From: Chrysomallon squamiferum
Taxonomy: Eukaryota; Animalia; Mollusca
NCBI GenBank assembly: GCA_012295275.1
Contig: CM022672.1
Location: 26,226,001 to 26,290,000 of the forward strand
Reading direction: 5' to 3'
DNA length: 64,000 nucleotides
The stretch's first letter is position 1. Every line of letters starts with the position of its first letter. Below the pieces are notes generated by a model, which saw nothing but the letters and a program-made list of their open reading frames with translations, ran no database searches and was not told the origin of the DNA. Positions 1 through 13,256 of the stretch are shown one piece after another. The position numbers and the translations under genes are program-made.

Positions 1-560
1 GTGCATGTAGTTTATTTAGATTTTATAAATACCATAGTAATGTGAATATATTTATATCTGAAAAGTAGTTTCATATGAAAACGTAGTGATTCTTATTTTA
101 CATTTATTTAATTTATTTTTGTGTTTTTATTTGATATTGTACATAACATTTATTCATCAGTAAATTTTTACATTGTACCTGTTCATTTTCTTCAAACTAA
201 AGTAAAAATTTTATAGAAAAATAGATTTACATTCTAGTTCCAGTTTTAGCTTATTAAATTATTTAAATTAATTATATATTCAACTTTAAATGATACAAAT
301 TTTGTATTTGAAAATGTAAAAATTGTCAATAATGAAATTGTCAGATATTCATAAAATAGACATTGTTAAAGTTTTCTTCAAAATATTTTAAAAGAATTTT
401 CTCAAAATCATTATCTAAAGTATGTTTGTGGTTCCCACAGAAATAACCAGCTTAATTTATACTGAAATGTATAATTGTTTTTCTGTTTTTTTCAGAAAAG
501 GTTATAAACAAATTAATACATTGACAAAACAATAAAGTAAAATAAAATAAAATAAAATAA

Positions 561-602
<42 letters not shown>

Positions 603-3600
603 CTGTCACAGTAGCTCAAAATATTTTCAAAAATAAGCATTGTTTTCATTGTTCTGCACATTCACCACTAAGATAGAAATATATGTTAATTTTCTAATAT
701 ATTTAGGTTTTCACTAGAAACAACTCAAAGAAAACTAACAAAGTGTTCATCTAAGATGTATTAAAATAGCATTTATAGAAACATTTTTTTTAACAATATC
801 AATACCTGTCTAGCAATGCTGTGGACATTTTAATTAACTGCAGCTGTTTTTTTTTTTTTATTAATTAATTAATGAATTATTATTATTTACAGTGAAAATT
901 ATATATAATTATTTTAGTTCTGTATGATAAATAAAAATATTTGTTTATTTCTGTGGGAACCATGATTTTCTGACATTTTATGATAAATCATCTCCAAACC
1001 AGTATTACACCTCTGTAAACGAGGTTTGCACTTACCGACTAAGTATTAGTGTGATGGTACAGAACTGGTCAGTATGGGTCATTACATCACTCCATCCAGG
1101 ATCCATGCATCTTTTTATTTCTTTAATAATATTCTCCAAGTTTCAACTGCATATAGTTAATTATTATAAACATGTTTTTATTTCTCAATTAGGAAAAAAA
1201 CTGAATTTTTAAACAAATTTGTTTACTCTTTTTAATTCTACTAGATTGTTTTTTTCATTATTATTATTTTTTTTTTAATATATTTTTTTAATTATTGTAT
1301 CTGAAAATTTTGTAATTAAATATTAAGAATTTTTAAACATTCTCATATAGGACATTTATCATATATCATATATGTGGGGTTTTGTTTTTTTTTTAAAATA
1401 TTTTTTAAACAAAAGATATGCTTGGAATGCTGGTTTGTGGTGAATGGTATCAATGGTCCATCTACTTGACTAGCTGTGCTCTATATATAACTACTGCAGT
1501 GCTTCAAAAGTAAACAGTATACTAAGGCTTAGTTTTCTGTGTGAAATATTAAAACAAACAAAATAAATTATGTTAGAAAAACATGTATATTGTAAATAAA
1601 TATAGTGTAATAATCTTTAAATGGTGTTAGTTTTTTATATTTATTTGATGTATTAGAGGCTTGTAATGTTTGATATTATACTAAAAACAATCACATACTC
1701 TTACACTCTCTTAGACAAAACAAACTGACTTGGGTTACATGATCTACCATTCTACAGTTCAGTGTACATGAGAAATTTCTGCTATTGTTCTTGCTTCCAC
1801 ACATGAGAGGTAGTTTTACTGTAATCTCAGATCAAGTAAAAAGAGAAATGTGTATTAAATATATGTCAGTACAGTTCAAGTTAAAGATATCAAGTAATTA
1901 GGTATGTTAGTTTTAGTTAGTGTTTGTTTACTGAGCTGGCTGTTCAGATATTCATGTGTGTAAAAGATCCCTGGTTGTTGACAGATAAGAGCTGTTCAGG
2001 TCTCTTTTTACATAATTATTAAAAATGTATAATTGTTAAAAGAATATTCAGTATAAAAATATGTCAGGAAATTATTAATTCTTTCATATGTTCACACATT
2101 CTTAAAATAATATACAAACAATTTGCATCGATAAATATTTTAATTTCTAAGTCCTTTACAAATTCTGTACATATATTGCTAGATACTATTTCAAAAACAA
2201 AACCCACACTATTATATAAGTACAAAATAAATGTTCTCGTTATTTTTAAGAGAGATCACGCAAATAGGTAAATATGTTTGTGTACATGCAAAGTGAATTT
2301 CCTACTGCTTGCAGTTCTTTACATTATTAGGAAGTTTGTGTGACTGACTCATTCATGTTACCAACTGATTTCTCTACTATTAAATTCCCAGTTTCCATTT
2401 TAAATTTAATTTTTCTGTCAAATAATGTGGCAAATAATATTGTTTCATCACCCTTCTGGCTGTATTGACATTAAAGTCACACATTCTTCAAAGCTCTAAA
2501 AATAACAGATATTAAAATAATATTTATGTTAATAAATGGAAGTGCTATTTTTAGCAAGGGATACAGTTATATCACTGATTATGTTTTAGCATAATTGTAG
2601 ATAAAAGAAAACCAAGAATAATATTTAGACAAATAAAAAAAAGTATTCTGCATTTAATATTCATCAACCTGATTAAACATTTTATTTATCATTTTAAAAA
2701 TTAAAGTTTATGACATAAAATGTTTAACCTTCAAAATACCTCAAAATACATTTCACTCACAGTTATATTAAACAAATTTTTTTAAAACTGAGATGGGTAT
2801 TTATAATAAAAGTTCAAAAATGACATTGAGCTATATGTTCAATATCTACCATTAATAGCACCGAGATCTTCATAAACTGCACATTTAATCAATATTGTCT
2901 TACCGCATATTTCTAATTATGAAAAAAAATATATATATATTACTAAAATAACTATAACAGTACAAAAAACATTTTTTTTTAGTTTACAATGATTAAGTCT
3001 TCATATACAAGTACTGACTAACAGGTATTACTATAACAATTGTCAAAATGTCACAAAATTAGAAATTAAATCTGAAATTGTCTTAAAAATTAAAATTACA
3101 TTATTTTCTTGTAGTTTTAATCGAGATGCAACTAAAGATATTAGGAAGAAATTAAAAAATTAAATTGTATTCTGAAAGACAATTTAAATAGTTAAATAAA
3201 GAAGTATCCTTAAAACTGAATACAGGTTACAGAATTATCTAGAGAGATTTTTTTACTAATTCCTAATAATTATAATTTGAGATAAAAAGGCTGTTGAACT
3301 GAACTGAATTTCATTGTACTGAAAACATATCAAAGTGGAAAAATGATTAAATTTAATAAATAAATAAATAAATAAAATAGGAGGGTTTCCATCTCTTTTC
3401 TCTCCCATCAAAAATTGTAAATTATTATAAACCTTTACAACCCTAAAATACATTATGTAACTGTATAAATAACTTCCCCAAACAAAAACAACGAATTATT
3501 ATGCACATAAAAAAGTCATAAAATGAATTTTATCAAAACTAGGATATATTGTTTTATAATCTGTATATGATTTTGTAAACTTGAAAATATTCATTTTTAA

Positions 3601-3747
3601 TACAATAAATAAATAAATGAGTAATGTATATAAAAATATCTTTTTACTACTAGATGATAAAGACAGGATAATTTATACATAATTATGTTGTATGTATGTC
3701 TGTCAAATTATTGATATATAACAACTCATAGTAATCTGCTATCAGCA

Positions 3748-4335
3748 ATAGTGGTATGTAATGTATTGTTGGTGGTAGTGTTATGTAATGTACTGTCAGT
3801 AGTGGTGCTATGTTGTGTATTGTCAGTGTCAGTGTTATGTAATGTACTGTCAGAGGTAGTGCTATGTAATGTATTGTTGGTGGTAGTGTTATGTAATGTA
3901 CTGTCAGTGGTAGTGCTATGTAATGTATTGTTGGTGGTAGTATGTAATGTACTGTCAGTGATAGTGCTATGTAATGTATTGTTGGTGGTAGTGTTATGTA
4001 ATGTACTCTCAGTAGTAGTGCTATGTAGTGTATTGTCAGTGTCATGTAATGTACTGTCAGTGAGTGTGCTATGCAGTGTAGTGTCAGAGGTAGTGCTATG
4101 TAATGTACTGTCAGAGATAGTGCTATGTAGTGTATTGTCAGTGTCAGTGCTATGTAATGTACTGTCAGTGGTAGTGCTATGTAATGTACTGTCAGTGTCA
4201 GTGCTATGTAATGTACTGTCAGTGGTAGTGCTATGTAATGTACTGTCAGTGCTATGTAGTGCATTGTCAGTGGTAGTACTATGTAATGTACTGTCAGTGT
4301 CAGTGCTATGTAATGTACTGTCAGTGGTAGTTCTA
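3748..4335. repeat. Minisatellite, core unit about 27 bp (GTAGTGCTATGTAATGTACTGTCAGTG) with shorter variants
   Basis: About 20 directly visible degenerate tandem copies; they generate three overlapping repetitive ORFs. Confidence 0.95.
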
Positions 4336-5058
4336 TGCACTAGAGAGTGGCCTAGGTCCAAATACTCTTCTCTGAACTATTATTGCAGCAAAAATTTGAT
4401 TACCTGTATGAATGAAAATATGAATCAACTGTATCAAATAAACAAATATCAATGTTTTGGCAAACTTTAAAATGGACAATTCCTTAATAGCGCATAATGA
4501 CTAATTTATACTCACTAAGGGTTCACCATTAAGTGTTCAAATACCTTTGCTTTGCTTAGATGGCTTCAATTATTTCAGTAATCTATCTTAAGAAAAATTA
4601 AATCTCAATAGATACTCAAATGTATTAAATACTCTACTTTTACCATGATAAATGTTTGCATACATTCATTAGAGGTAACAAGTTAATAACCTATACTCAA
4701 ATAAATATAACATGTTTAAAGTTTATTTCTGCTAGCAGACTAAAATATGTAAACAATATCATTTTTCCAGAAAAATAGAATGAAAGACTTGGGTGTAAAA
4801 CGTCAACAAAAACTGTTTTAAATAAAAATTTAAACCAGTTGCAGTTTATGAAAAACAATTTTTGTTTCTTTTTAATTTAACTCCTACCAAGTTTTGCACC
4901 ACCATGTCTTTGTAGATTTATATTCTAATTACATATGCACTGCTGTAGCCTATCTAATGACATTAAATTTTCTTCCTTGCAACATTTTGTGCTATTTTAA
5001 TCTCTGAAAATGAACAAATGTGACTTGCTAGTTTTATCTCTGAATGACAAATATGTTT

Positions 5059-8000
5059 TTATAATCCCTTGTTGAAATAAACTCTCTCTGGTACCGAAGG
5101 CAGTGATTTCAACTTTTCTTTCACTTCTGGCTCCAAATATTCTAAACTCAATGAACTGCATTTTAATAGAGAAAAAAAGAAGAAAAGAAATGAATTAGTA
5201 GATTCACTGGTAATAAGGTGAAAATAGTTTAAAAGATTTTCTTGAATTAACTGATACTTATTTACTTAAATCTAAAATGTTTATGTTCTTGGTTATTATG
5301 TGTCAGTCAGTCATAGTGTTTTAATAAAAAGGAGAGCAGGGTGTTTACTTATTAGCAGTTATAATGAACAGTATCTAATAGATATGAATAATTTCAATTT
5401 CTAACAAACTGGAAAGAACATTCAATTTCTAAAACTCAGAAATTACATTCAGTTTCTAATAGACAGAAGGAACATTCATTATCTAACAGTCAGGAAAGAA
5501 CATACTTTCAATACATCAGATTCGAAGCAGGAACACACCATTCAGTGTAAGTGTTCATTAAGTAGAACTGATCATGAAAACCATTAACAGATTATAAATT
5601 AATGATTTGCCCAACAGAATTTAGATGATGGCTTGCAGATCTAATAATCATGTTAATAACAATATTAAACAATAATGTGACATATTGTTATTAGCAAATA
5701 CAGTGGTTGAAAAGTTTTTTTCAGTAAAATCATAAAGTTAATTAAGAAACACTTACCTCTTCTGGGGAAACAGTGCACAACAAAGAGGTGTAGCAAATAC
5801 CAAGCTGAAAATAAACAAATAAAGAATCCTTTTTCAACAAACCAAGGGTAATGTAGTCAATAGGAAAATACTCAGATAAATTTGTTGATGGAGATGAATT
5901 ATATATCCACATATATAGAATTTCTTAAATTGTATCCATTGACATAAATATATTGCTACTACCAATAACAAATTAATCCATGTCACAAAATCTTAGGAAC
6001 ATCATTATCCATTAATCAGAAGTTACTACTGGGCTGATATTTAATCATTTGTCCATACTTGTGAATATTTGAGAACAATTAACTCTGTTATTTCATAATA
6101 AAGTCACAATTCATAGAAGAAAGAAGTCAACAATATACAAATTAAATTTGTGTTAATTATATACTTACAAAAATCCTATTATCATCACTTGTATAGGAGC
6201 ATTGAGCCAAGGCTTGCGCTGTGAAAGAAATCAGTCGTTCATATTTTGCTATAGTTTTAGGATAAAAATGAAAACATGTACAATATACCTAATTCTATGG
6301 AAACATGTATGTACACCTAACCCTGCTCAACAAAATCTACAAAACAATCACACAGGTAATCAGCTGTAATTAATGCAGACAGTTGAAATGCAAAGAACTG
6401 GTAACACAGTCAGAGATTTTTTAACCATAATTTCAATGATTTCAACACATATTTGACACACTCACCTGTAAAAATGGCTTCTTATTTAGATAGTTCATTA
6501 TAAATGGTGGAATCACTGAAAAACAACCAAACAAATATATTCTGTTTCTAAATTTATTTATTTTTAAAACAAATGTCAAATGTGAACAAAGATACTATCA
6601 TTGATTAAGTATAGATACTGGTCAGTATACAAGTATTACATTGTGGAAAATTAGCTAACACAAAACAAATCTAATAGCATTTTTATTTTTGTTTTTCCTT
6701 TGTTATTATCAATTAATCTTTGAACAATTATATATCTGTTTGTTACAAAAACTTTCTCATTATTAGTATCCTTTATTAGTTAATTTATTGTAGAGAAATT
6801 TTATTTAACATATATATATTTTTTTTACTTACCCATGCCTGGTGTTGCCATGACAACTCGGGATACAACCACTTGAGAGATAGCAGATACTGCAGCTCTC
6901 TTTGATGTACCAACCTGGTTACCATTCTCATCAAAGATTGGAATGCCATTTAAAAGTTCTCTGTAAATACACAAGACAATTTTAAAATATTAAAGAACTA
7001 ATCAAATGAAACTGTAAGAAAGATTTAACCAAAAAAAAAAGAAAAAAAAAAAAAGAGTAAAAGAAAAGATCCCCACCCACCCCAAAAAAAACCAAGCCAA
7101 AAATCCATTTATACCAAAAAGCTAAATAATTACAGATTAACTTCTTAAATTATGGCACACTCTTGATTATTGTTATTTCCAGAAAAACCTACATACTGGA
7201 TTTTCTATTTCTATTTTTAATTTAAATTTCAAAAAATTAAGTGTGAACCTGCTTCTCATGAAAGGAATGTTGATACAGTTGGCTGCCGCCACTGCTGCAA
7301 ATGGTACAAACCGACCAATCAGAGGAGGAGCTTTCTGAAATAAGAGGAACATGAATAATTATAATAAAACTTTATCTGTTTTATTAATACAGGTTCATAT
7401 ATATTTGGATCCAACTGAACACTTGGCTTTCAAAAAGTCACAGAATTTAACTTTAAAAAATGCCTAAATATAAACACATGGTTAATATCTGGCCTCACTC
7501 CATTTAGCTCTAAAACTAAAAAGAAAAATAATATTATTACACATTCTTACATATTAATATTGAAAGACGTAACTATAATCATCTGCAACAAAAAAAATAA
7601 CACAGATCTTTTATTTTTTTGGTAATTATTGCTGGTATGTAATATGTTGCAGTTTGATCAAGACATACTAGATTAAAAGACTGTGTTACTGTATTAATTG
7701 CTTCATAATTGTTTCATTGAATGTGTTTCAAAAAAGAACTTTTTGGGTATTTATTTTTAATGTATATAAATTTTGATACAAATATTCACAATTACAGGGT
7801 TTCAAGTTGAAATAACAATATGTAATAATTCTTTAAATGCATCAGTCTTTTTATTTAAAAGAAAAAAATCTGAAATATGATAATGCTTAATATAATACTA
7901 CTGAAACAATATATGTTATTTTTTAATTAAAGGGAAAAATCTGAAATATAACACAGCTTAATAAATAAAATACTACTGAAATAATATAATATATGTTACT

Positions 8001-10180
8001 TTTTACTTAAAGGAAAACAATCTGAAATATGACAAAGCTTAATAAACATAATACTACTGAAACATGGAAAAACTTAATAAATACCATTCTACAGAAATAA
8101 TGTAATATATGTTACTTACCTTCACCATGCTGTTCAAAGCTAATGCTGTTGTCACAGCTCCACCGGTTGCAAGAACATAAGAAATACCTAAATCTCTGAG
8201 AGAAAAAAATACATTATGTATTTGTGTATTACTACTTATATAGTGTATGTACTGGCATAAGCTAATAGAAGAACACTTTTTGGTCTGTATCTGTATCGAT
8301 CTCCACAAAGAGGATCTGAACCAAGTTCACTGGTATCAGACTCCAACAGTCGACCAGCTTGGCTAGTAAAGGAACTGTCACTGGCAATCGTTTGTAAACG
8401 TCGTTTATACCTTTACTAGTTACGTTATCAGATTTTAGAAAAATTTCTAATTAATTTTCAGTGATGAGTTAGTAAATATAATTCTATTTGAAAAGTGCAC
8501 AAATGTCAGTGATCTTGCTGATTTATAATATTAATAGTAACAACAACAACGATAGCAGTATTAACAGTAACAATAACAATAACAGTAACAACAAGAATAA
8601 CAATAGCAATATCAACAACAACAATAATAACAATAAGAATAATAATTATAACAACAAAAAAAACCTGTTTAAGTTTTGTTTTTCCATAACAAAACACCAA
8701 AATAACTTTCTAACTTTTTATTTTACAAACTGTTTTCAACTGCAGGTTTAGAAAGGTTAGACTGTAAATTTCACAACAGTAAAATAAATTTCTAAGCATT
8801 TAAAATTCTACTTACAGAGGTGACTAATATGGTGAAACTTCACCCAAAGTTTGTTACTGACAAATAAAATGTACCTACTTCATAGGTATCGGACTATCTC
8901 CACTTCTGTTGGTGTAATTTACTATAGCATTGAAAGACTGGTTAATCCACTGCCAAAACAAAACAGCTGGTGTAGTCCTAAAACAAAAGAAAAAAAAAAA
9001 AATAAACAAATAAACAAACAAATAAATAAATAAACAGACAAACAAACAAACAAAAAACTAACAACAAACAAACAAACAAATAAATATAATAAAAAATATT
9101 TTAAAAATGGAAATTTGGTAATTACATACAATATTAAAACATATTTATACCAATTTCTAATTCTGACATGAGATTTCTTAAATGTTATTTTTACTGTTGC
9201 AACTCAGTAGAGCTTATTCAGTAACCCACTAATAAACTCTCTACCAGTGAGCTCATTTAATGTTATTTACGCAGAATTCATAATTTTTGTTACAAAACTA
9301 TAATTAGATAAAGTACTTGTAAAAAGTCATCATGAAGCCAGTTATGGTCATGTTCATGGGAACCTGAGCTGACATTCGACCCAAAATGAACATTTTCTCT
9401 TTTGTGTCAGGATGAAAAGCTGAATCATACAGGTGTTTGGCTCGCCAAATATCATCTTCAGTTGCCCCGGGAATATCTTCACCTCGCCTGAAACACATTA
9501 TGCCAATCCAAAAATATTATCAATGATATAAATCAGTAAAATGTAAAGTGATAGCATTTTTTACATTTTTACATTTGCATGACATCAATTCAACAATATC
9601 TTTAGGCTTGCCATTATTTTACGGTTCAATAGCAATTGGACATATTTATGAAAATTAAAGAAGAAATCCCAGTATTATGTAATTTGATTGTAAATAGGAA
9701 GGTTCAGAAACTCTGAAATGTTGAAAAATCATAAATTCTGATAAAAATAAGAAATATTCATTGAGTATTAATGATAACAATATATTATCTCCAGTTAAAA
9801 TTATATCAGTTTGCTTGGAAAATCAGTTACAGCATGTTATGTGCTGGCATGGAATACAACATTTGCATTGTGTATGCATCTCTTTTCCTTTGTGTGTTAA
9901 GTATGTGAAATAATGAATAGTTTTTATAGTAATATTTTACTCTTTTACAGAACTGGTATAACTTGGAAACATAAGAAATTAAATACTAAGACAAATGTCA
10001 ATGTGATTAAACAAGAAGCACCTGTATTTCTCAACAATTTCCTTTGCTTCATTCAGTTTTTTATTGGAGACAAAGAGGTTTAAAGGATTTGTTGGTTATA
10101 AAGAAGTGTTTTGCTCGACCAGTGAAAGTACTCTGATCATAGCGTGGCTCATCTAGATTTATTCTTCGTTGTGATGCCAT
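5059..10180 (-). CDS. SFXN1: Sideroflexin (SFXN1/SFXN3-type mitochondrial inner-membrane serine/amino-acid carrier), 10 coding exons; 1-nt frameshift in the first coding exon as assembled
   Basis: Exons (minus): 10022-10180, 9317-9487, 8879-8977, 8120-8195, 7249-7334, 6833-6960, 6466-6515, 6169-6218, 5757-5804, 5059-5155, all GT-AG. Phases join correctly from exon 2 onward. Family motifs: [89 protein letters not shown]-terminal VYFNKGL*. Assignment to paralogue 1 versus 3 cannot be resolved. Confidence 0.95.
5375..5505. repeat. Degenerate short tandem repeat (about 27-30 bp, ACATTCAATTTCTAA... core) in the last SFXN intron
   Basis: About 4 diverged copies of (a)cattca(a/g/t)t(t/a)tctaa are visible. 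Confidence 0.55.
7851..8062. repeat. Three diverged tandem copies of a 70-80 bp unit in an SFXN intron
   Basis: AATCTGAAATAT...GCTTAATA...AATACTACTGAAA recurs three times. Confidence 0.8.
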
Positions 10181-10619
10181 ATTCTTTTAATTCAATTTAC
10201 TAATACAACACTGAATAAAAAAATTAACACATTATCAACATAAAAAAAGCTTGTTAAAATATACATAATTTTATTTTTATTTGCATGAAAAAATCCTAGC
10301 AAAACAAGAAAATAAAAAATATATTGAAGATTTTATCGAAAACTGTTTATTCTTTAATATTAACAAAATAACACTGATTATTAAAAATGAATATCCAACT
10401 ATGTCATATACACAAACAGTATTATTTTTAAAGGCCTTTGAAACAATATATAATGTGGTATCTTATAACAGTAACAAATTTAAAATTAACAAAATAATTC
10501 AATATGTGCTCTACTTTACAAGCTGACTAAAACTTATAAGTAACATTAAAAAATAAGTAATAAATAAATAGTATTATGTATTCAGTACTTACAGCTAGAT
10601 CAGTAAGTATATGAACTTT

Positions 10620-10850
10620 GGTCTGCAAACAACTGGAAAATATTAATAATAATAATACATAACAATAAAAATAAAAATAAAAAAACACACGAAGTATAAA
10701 GGCGACTTACAATATTTATAGCTAAATCAACAAGAACATAAACTAAGGGCTGCAAACAAGTGGAAAATAATAACAATAATAGTTAATATATATAATAAAA
10801 AAAAAAAATTAAAAAAAAACAAGAAAAAATACGAATGATTAAAGGCGACT
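10620..10850. repeat. Diverged direct duplication (about 125 bp period)
   Basis: CTGCAAACAA(C/G)TGGAAAATA...ACGAA....TAAAGGCGACT occurs twice, at about 10623 and 10750. Confidence 0.7.
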
Positions 10851-11582
10851 GTTATTGTTATCTGATATTTAATGACTCTTCAGTCTCAAAGTCTGGCTCC
10901 ATACCCAGTCCGCAATACTCAGACTGCGGGTTTGATAGTACCTATAACTAGACAGTAACAGAAACACAACATGAACTTAATTACTAATTAGTAATTACAT
11001 ATGTTACAGATGCATCAATTCTTTTACGTAACTTATGTTAGTTTTTGGCTCAGTCAATACAGAAGTTGACAAAATCTAACGTTGTCAATAATGTACACGT
11101 ACATATACTCATTAAAAACAAATCATACACTAAAATGCAAATAACATCTTGGTTAAACCTGTCAATCTTTTCTCAGAATCTTCTTCTTATTTCAATACAC
11201 AAACCTGTGAAACGGAAAGAGATATACCAAAACAGAGGTCAAGGTAATACGTTTAGGGAGGCGTGAACCTTTTCATGACAGTTCATTGGCCAGAAATGAT
11301 CCAGCAGTGAAATTTTACCTAGATCGAAATTGGGACATAGCGCAGTGATTAATGTCTAATAGTTTATGTAAACAATGTACTTCGTTAACACTGAAAATAA
11401 TCTAATATATATTAAGTATTTTGGGAAAACTTCGATCCGAAATTATATATTAGAATATTTATATTACATTTGGGGGAAAATGAAATAAAGCAGAATAGAT
11501 TTTATAAACTGTATTTAGAAACATCCATACACAAACACATCACTTCGATGTGAGAGAGACAGAGAAACATTATACTGTAAAG

Positions 11583-11879
11583 CTGGGGTCGGCAACCCTT
11601 GGCCAGCGTGGAATTTTAGTCCGGTCCGCCAGCTGAACACTTACATTAACGTTCTTTTTTTTTTTTTTTTTTTTTATTAAATCCCCAGACCAAAGCAGCC
11701 TTGCTTCTTAGAATCCCTTTTTGGTGGTCAGTATTGAAGACAGAATTCAGAGAAAGAGCGATATCAGTGTGTGTGTGTTCGTGCGCGCGCATGTGTGCAA
11801 TACATTTGATATCTTGGCCCTCCTCCAAAACACTGCATAGATATCTGGCCCCCTCACTCCAAAAGGTTGCTGGCTCCTG
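11583..11879. mobile_element. hAT-family non-autonomous DNA transposon (MITE)
   Basis: Imperfect TIRs CTGGGGTCGGCAACCCTT and AAGGTTGCTGGCTCCTG (reverse complement CAGGAGCCAGCAACCTT), typical of hAT/Charlie ends. Flanked by an 8-bp TSD CTGTAAAG (11575-11582) / TTGTAAAG (11880-11887), 7/8 identical. Confidence 0.85.
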
Positions 11880-13256
11880 TTGTAAAGGATGGCACATCCA
11901 CACAAAAGAGAATAAGATGACTTGCCCAAGCAGTAGTAGCTATGACCAATCTCCACTCCATGTAGTAAAACACAAAGAGTAAAATTAGGTTTTAAGTATT
12001 TCTCATCATCTCCATTGTTCTTTACAAATGCAGACTGAATGCTACTATATCCAACACTTCAAAATGAAAACCCACCAATGTATATTACATCTATTGCTCT
12101 GCTCTAGACTGATGACAGTTTTCAAAATAAAATGTTTTGTGTTTAAAAAAACTTATTTTAATTGCTCACAAAGATAAAAATGTTTCAAAGATTGTGCTGA
12201 TGAATCAGTCTATCTAAAAGAAAGTTTTTCAGTATTTATAATAGAAAGGTGGTGAGTAATTTTGCCTCTGTGAGCTCTTCAGGCTATTCTTCTTTCCAGA
12301 CAATGCCCCATGTGTGTTTTACAAAGACTGTTTATCAGTATGTATTTTCACATGGGAAGATCCCTTGTTGCAATTTGTTTAAAGTTAGTCCACGGAACAG
12401 CAGATGGTGGAAAAATCAAGTTTGCTTTCGCTATATTTGTAATTTATAACTCTGACAAATGCAGGATTAAGTTCTAGTAACAACTTTTGAGTTAACACCA
12501 AAAAATGTCATGCAGTCATAATTTTTCAGTTTTGAAATAAAAATCTTGAACTGCTCATCTAACAAGAATTTAAAAGACATTTTAAAAAATATTTAAAACA
12601 ACTTATAATGATAAATAGGGTTTAAATTATTTCTCTGAACCCAACAACACTATCTGATGAAGTGAGCCATGTTTACCCAGTTTCTTGCATAGCTGTCACT
12701 ATTCAGCTATGTTTGCACAGCTGTGGATGAGGACTGGTTTCATAATCAACTGTATGAATAATTGCATAACTGAGTAATTCTCCCTGTTTGATATGTGCAT
12801 ACAATATTGATACTGATTAGCAACGATGTTTATACCACTACAGAATATCATTTCAGCACATATAACTAAATAAAAACAAAACAATAACAACATGTTTTGT
12901 TTATTTATTTCAGTTAAAACATGATATAATACTGGTTATCAGCAATGCAGAAATTGTAACATACAATAAGTTGACATTAATTTTTTTTAAATATATCTTT
13001 CCAAAAATTATAAATATTGATAGTTTAATTAGTGTCTTGTTAAAATAGATAAATTATAGTAGCTGTATGGAATATGATATCAGTAATAAATACAAAACAA
13101 AATAAAATCGGAATTAAATAAAATTAAAACATGTTTCTGAATTTCCTTTTATATTATGCAATATTTACAAATATTTTGAAGAGGTAAGATATATCCATAA
13201 CAGAATGATAATTATATTTAAAGTGTTTTAAACTGTAACATAAAATATCATTATTA

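Noticed and set aside
3683-4470. Three overlapping 193-239 aa ORFs as real genes
   Set aside because: They are products of the 27-bp minisatellite, open on both strands, with no domain or gene structure.
11646-11982. Overlapping 69-93 aa ORFs
   Set aside because: They lie within the non-coding hAT MITE and show no transposase similarity.
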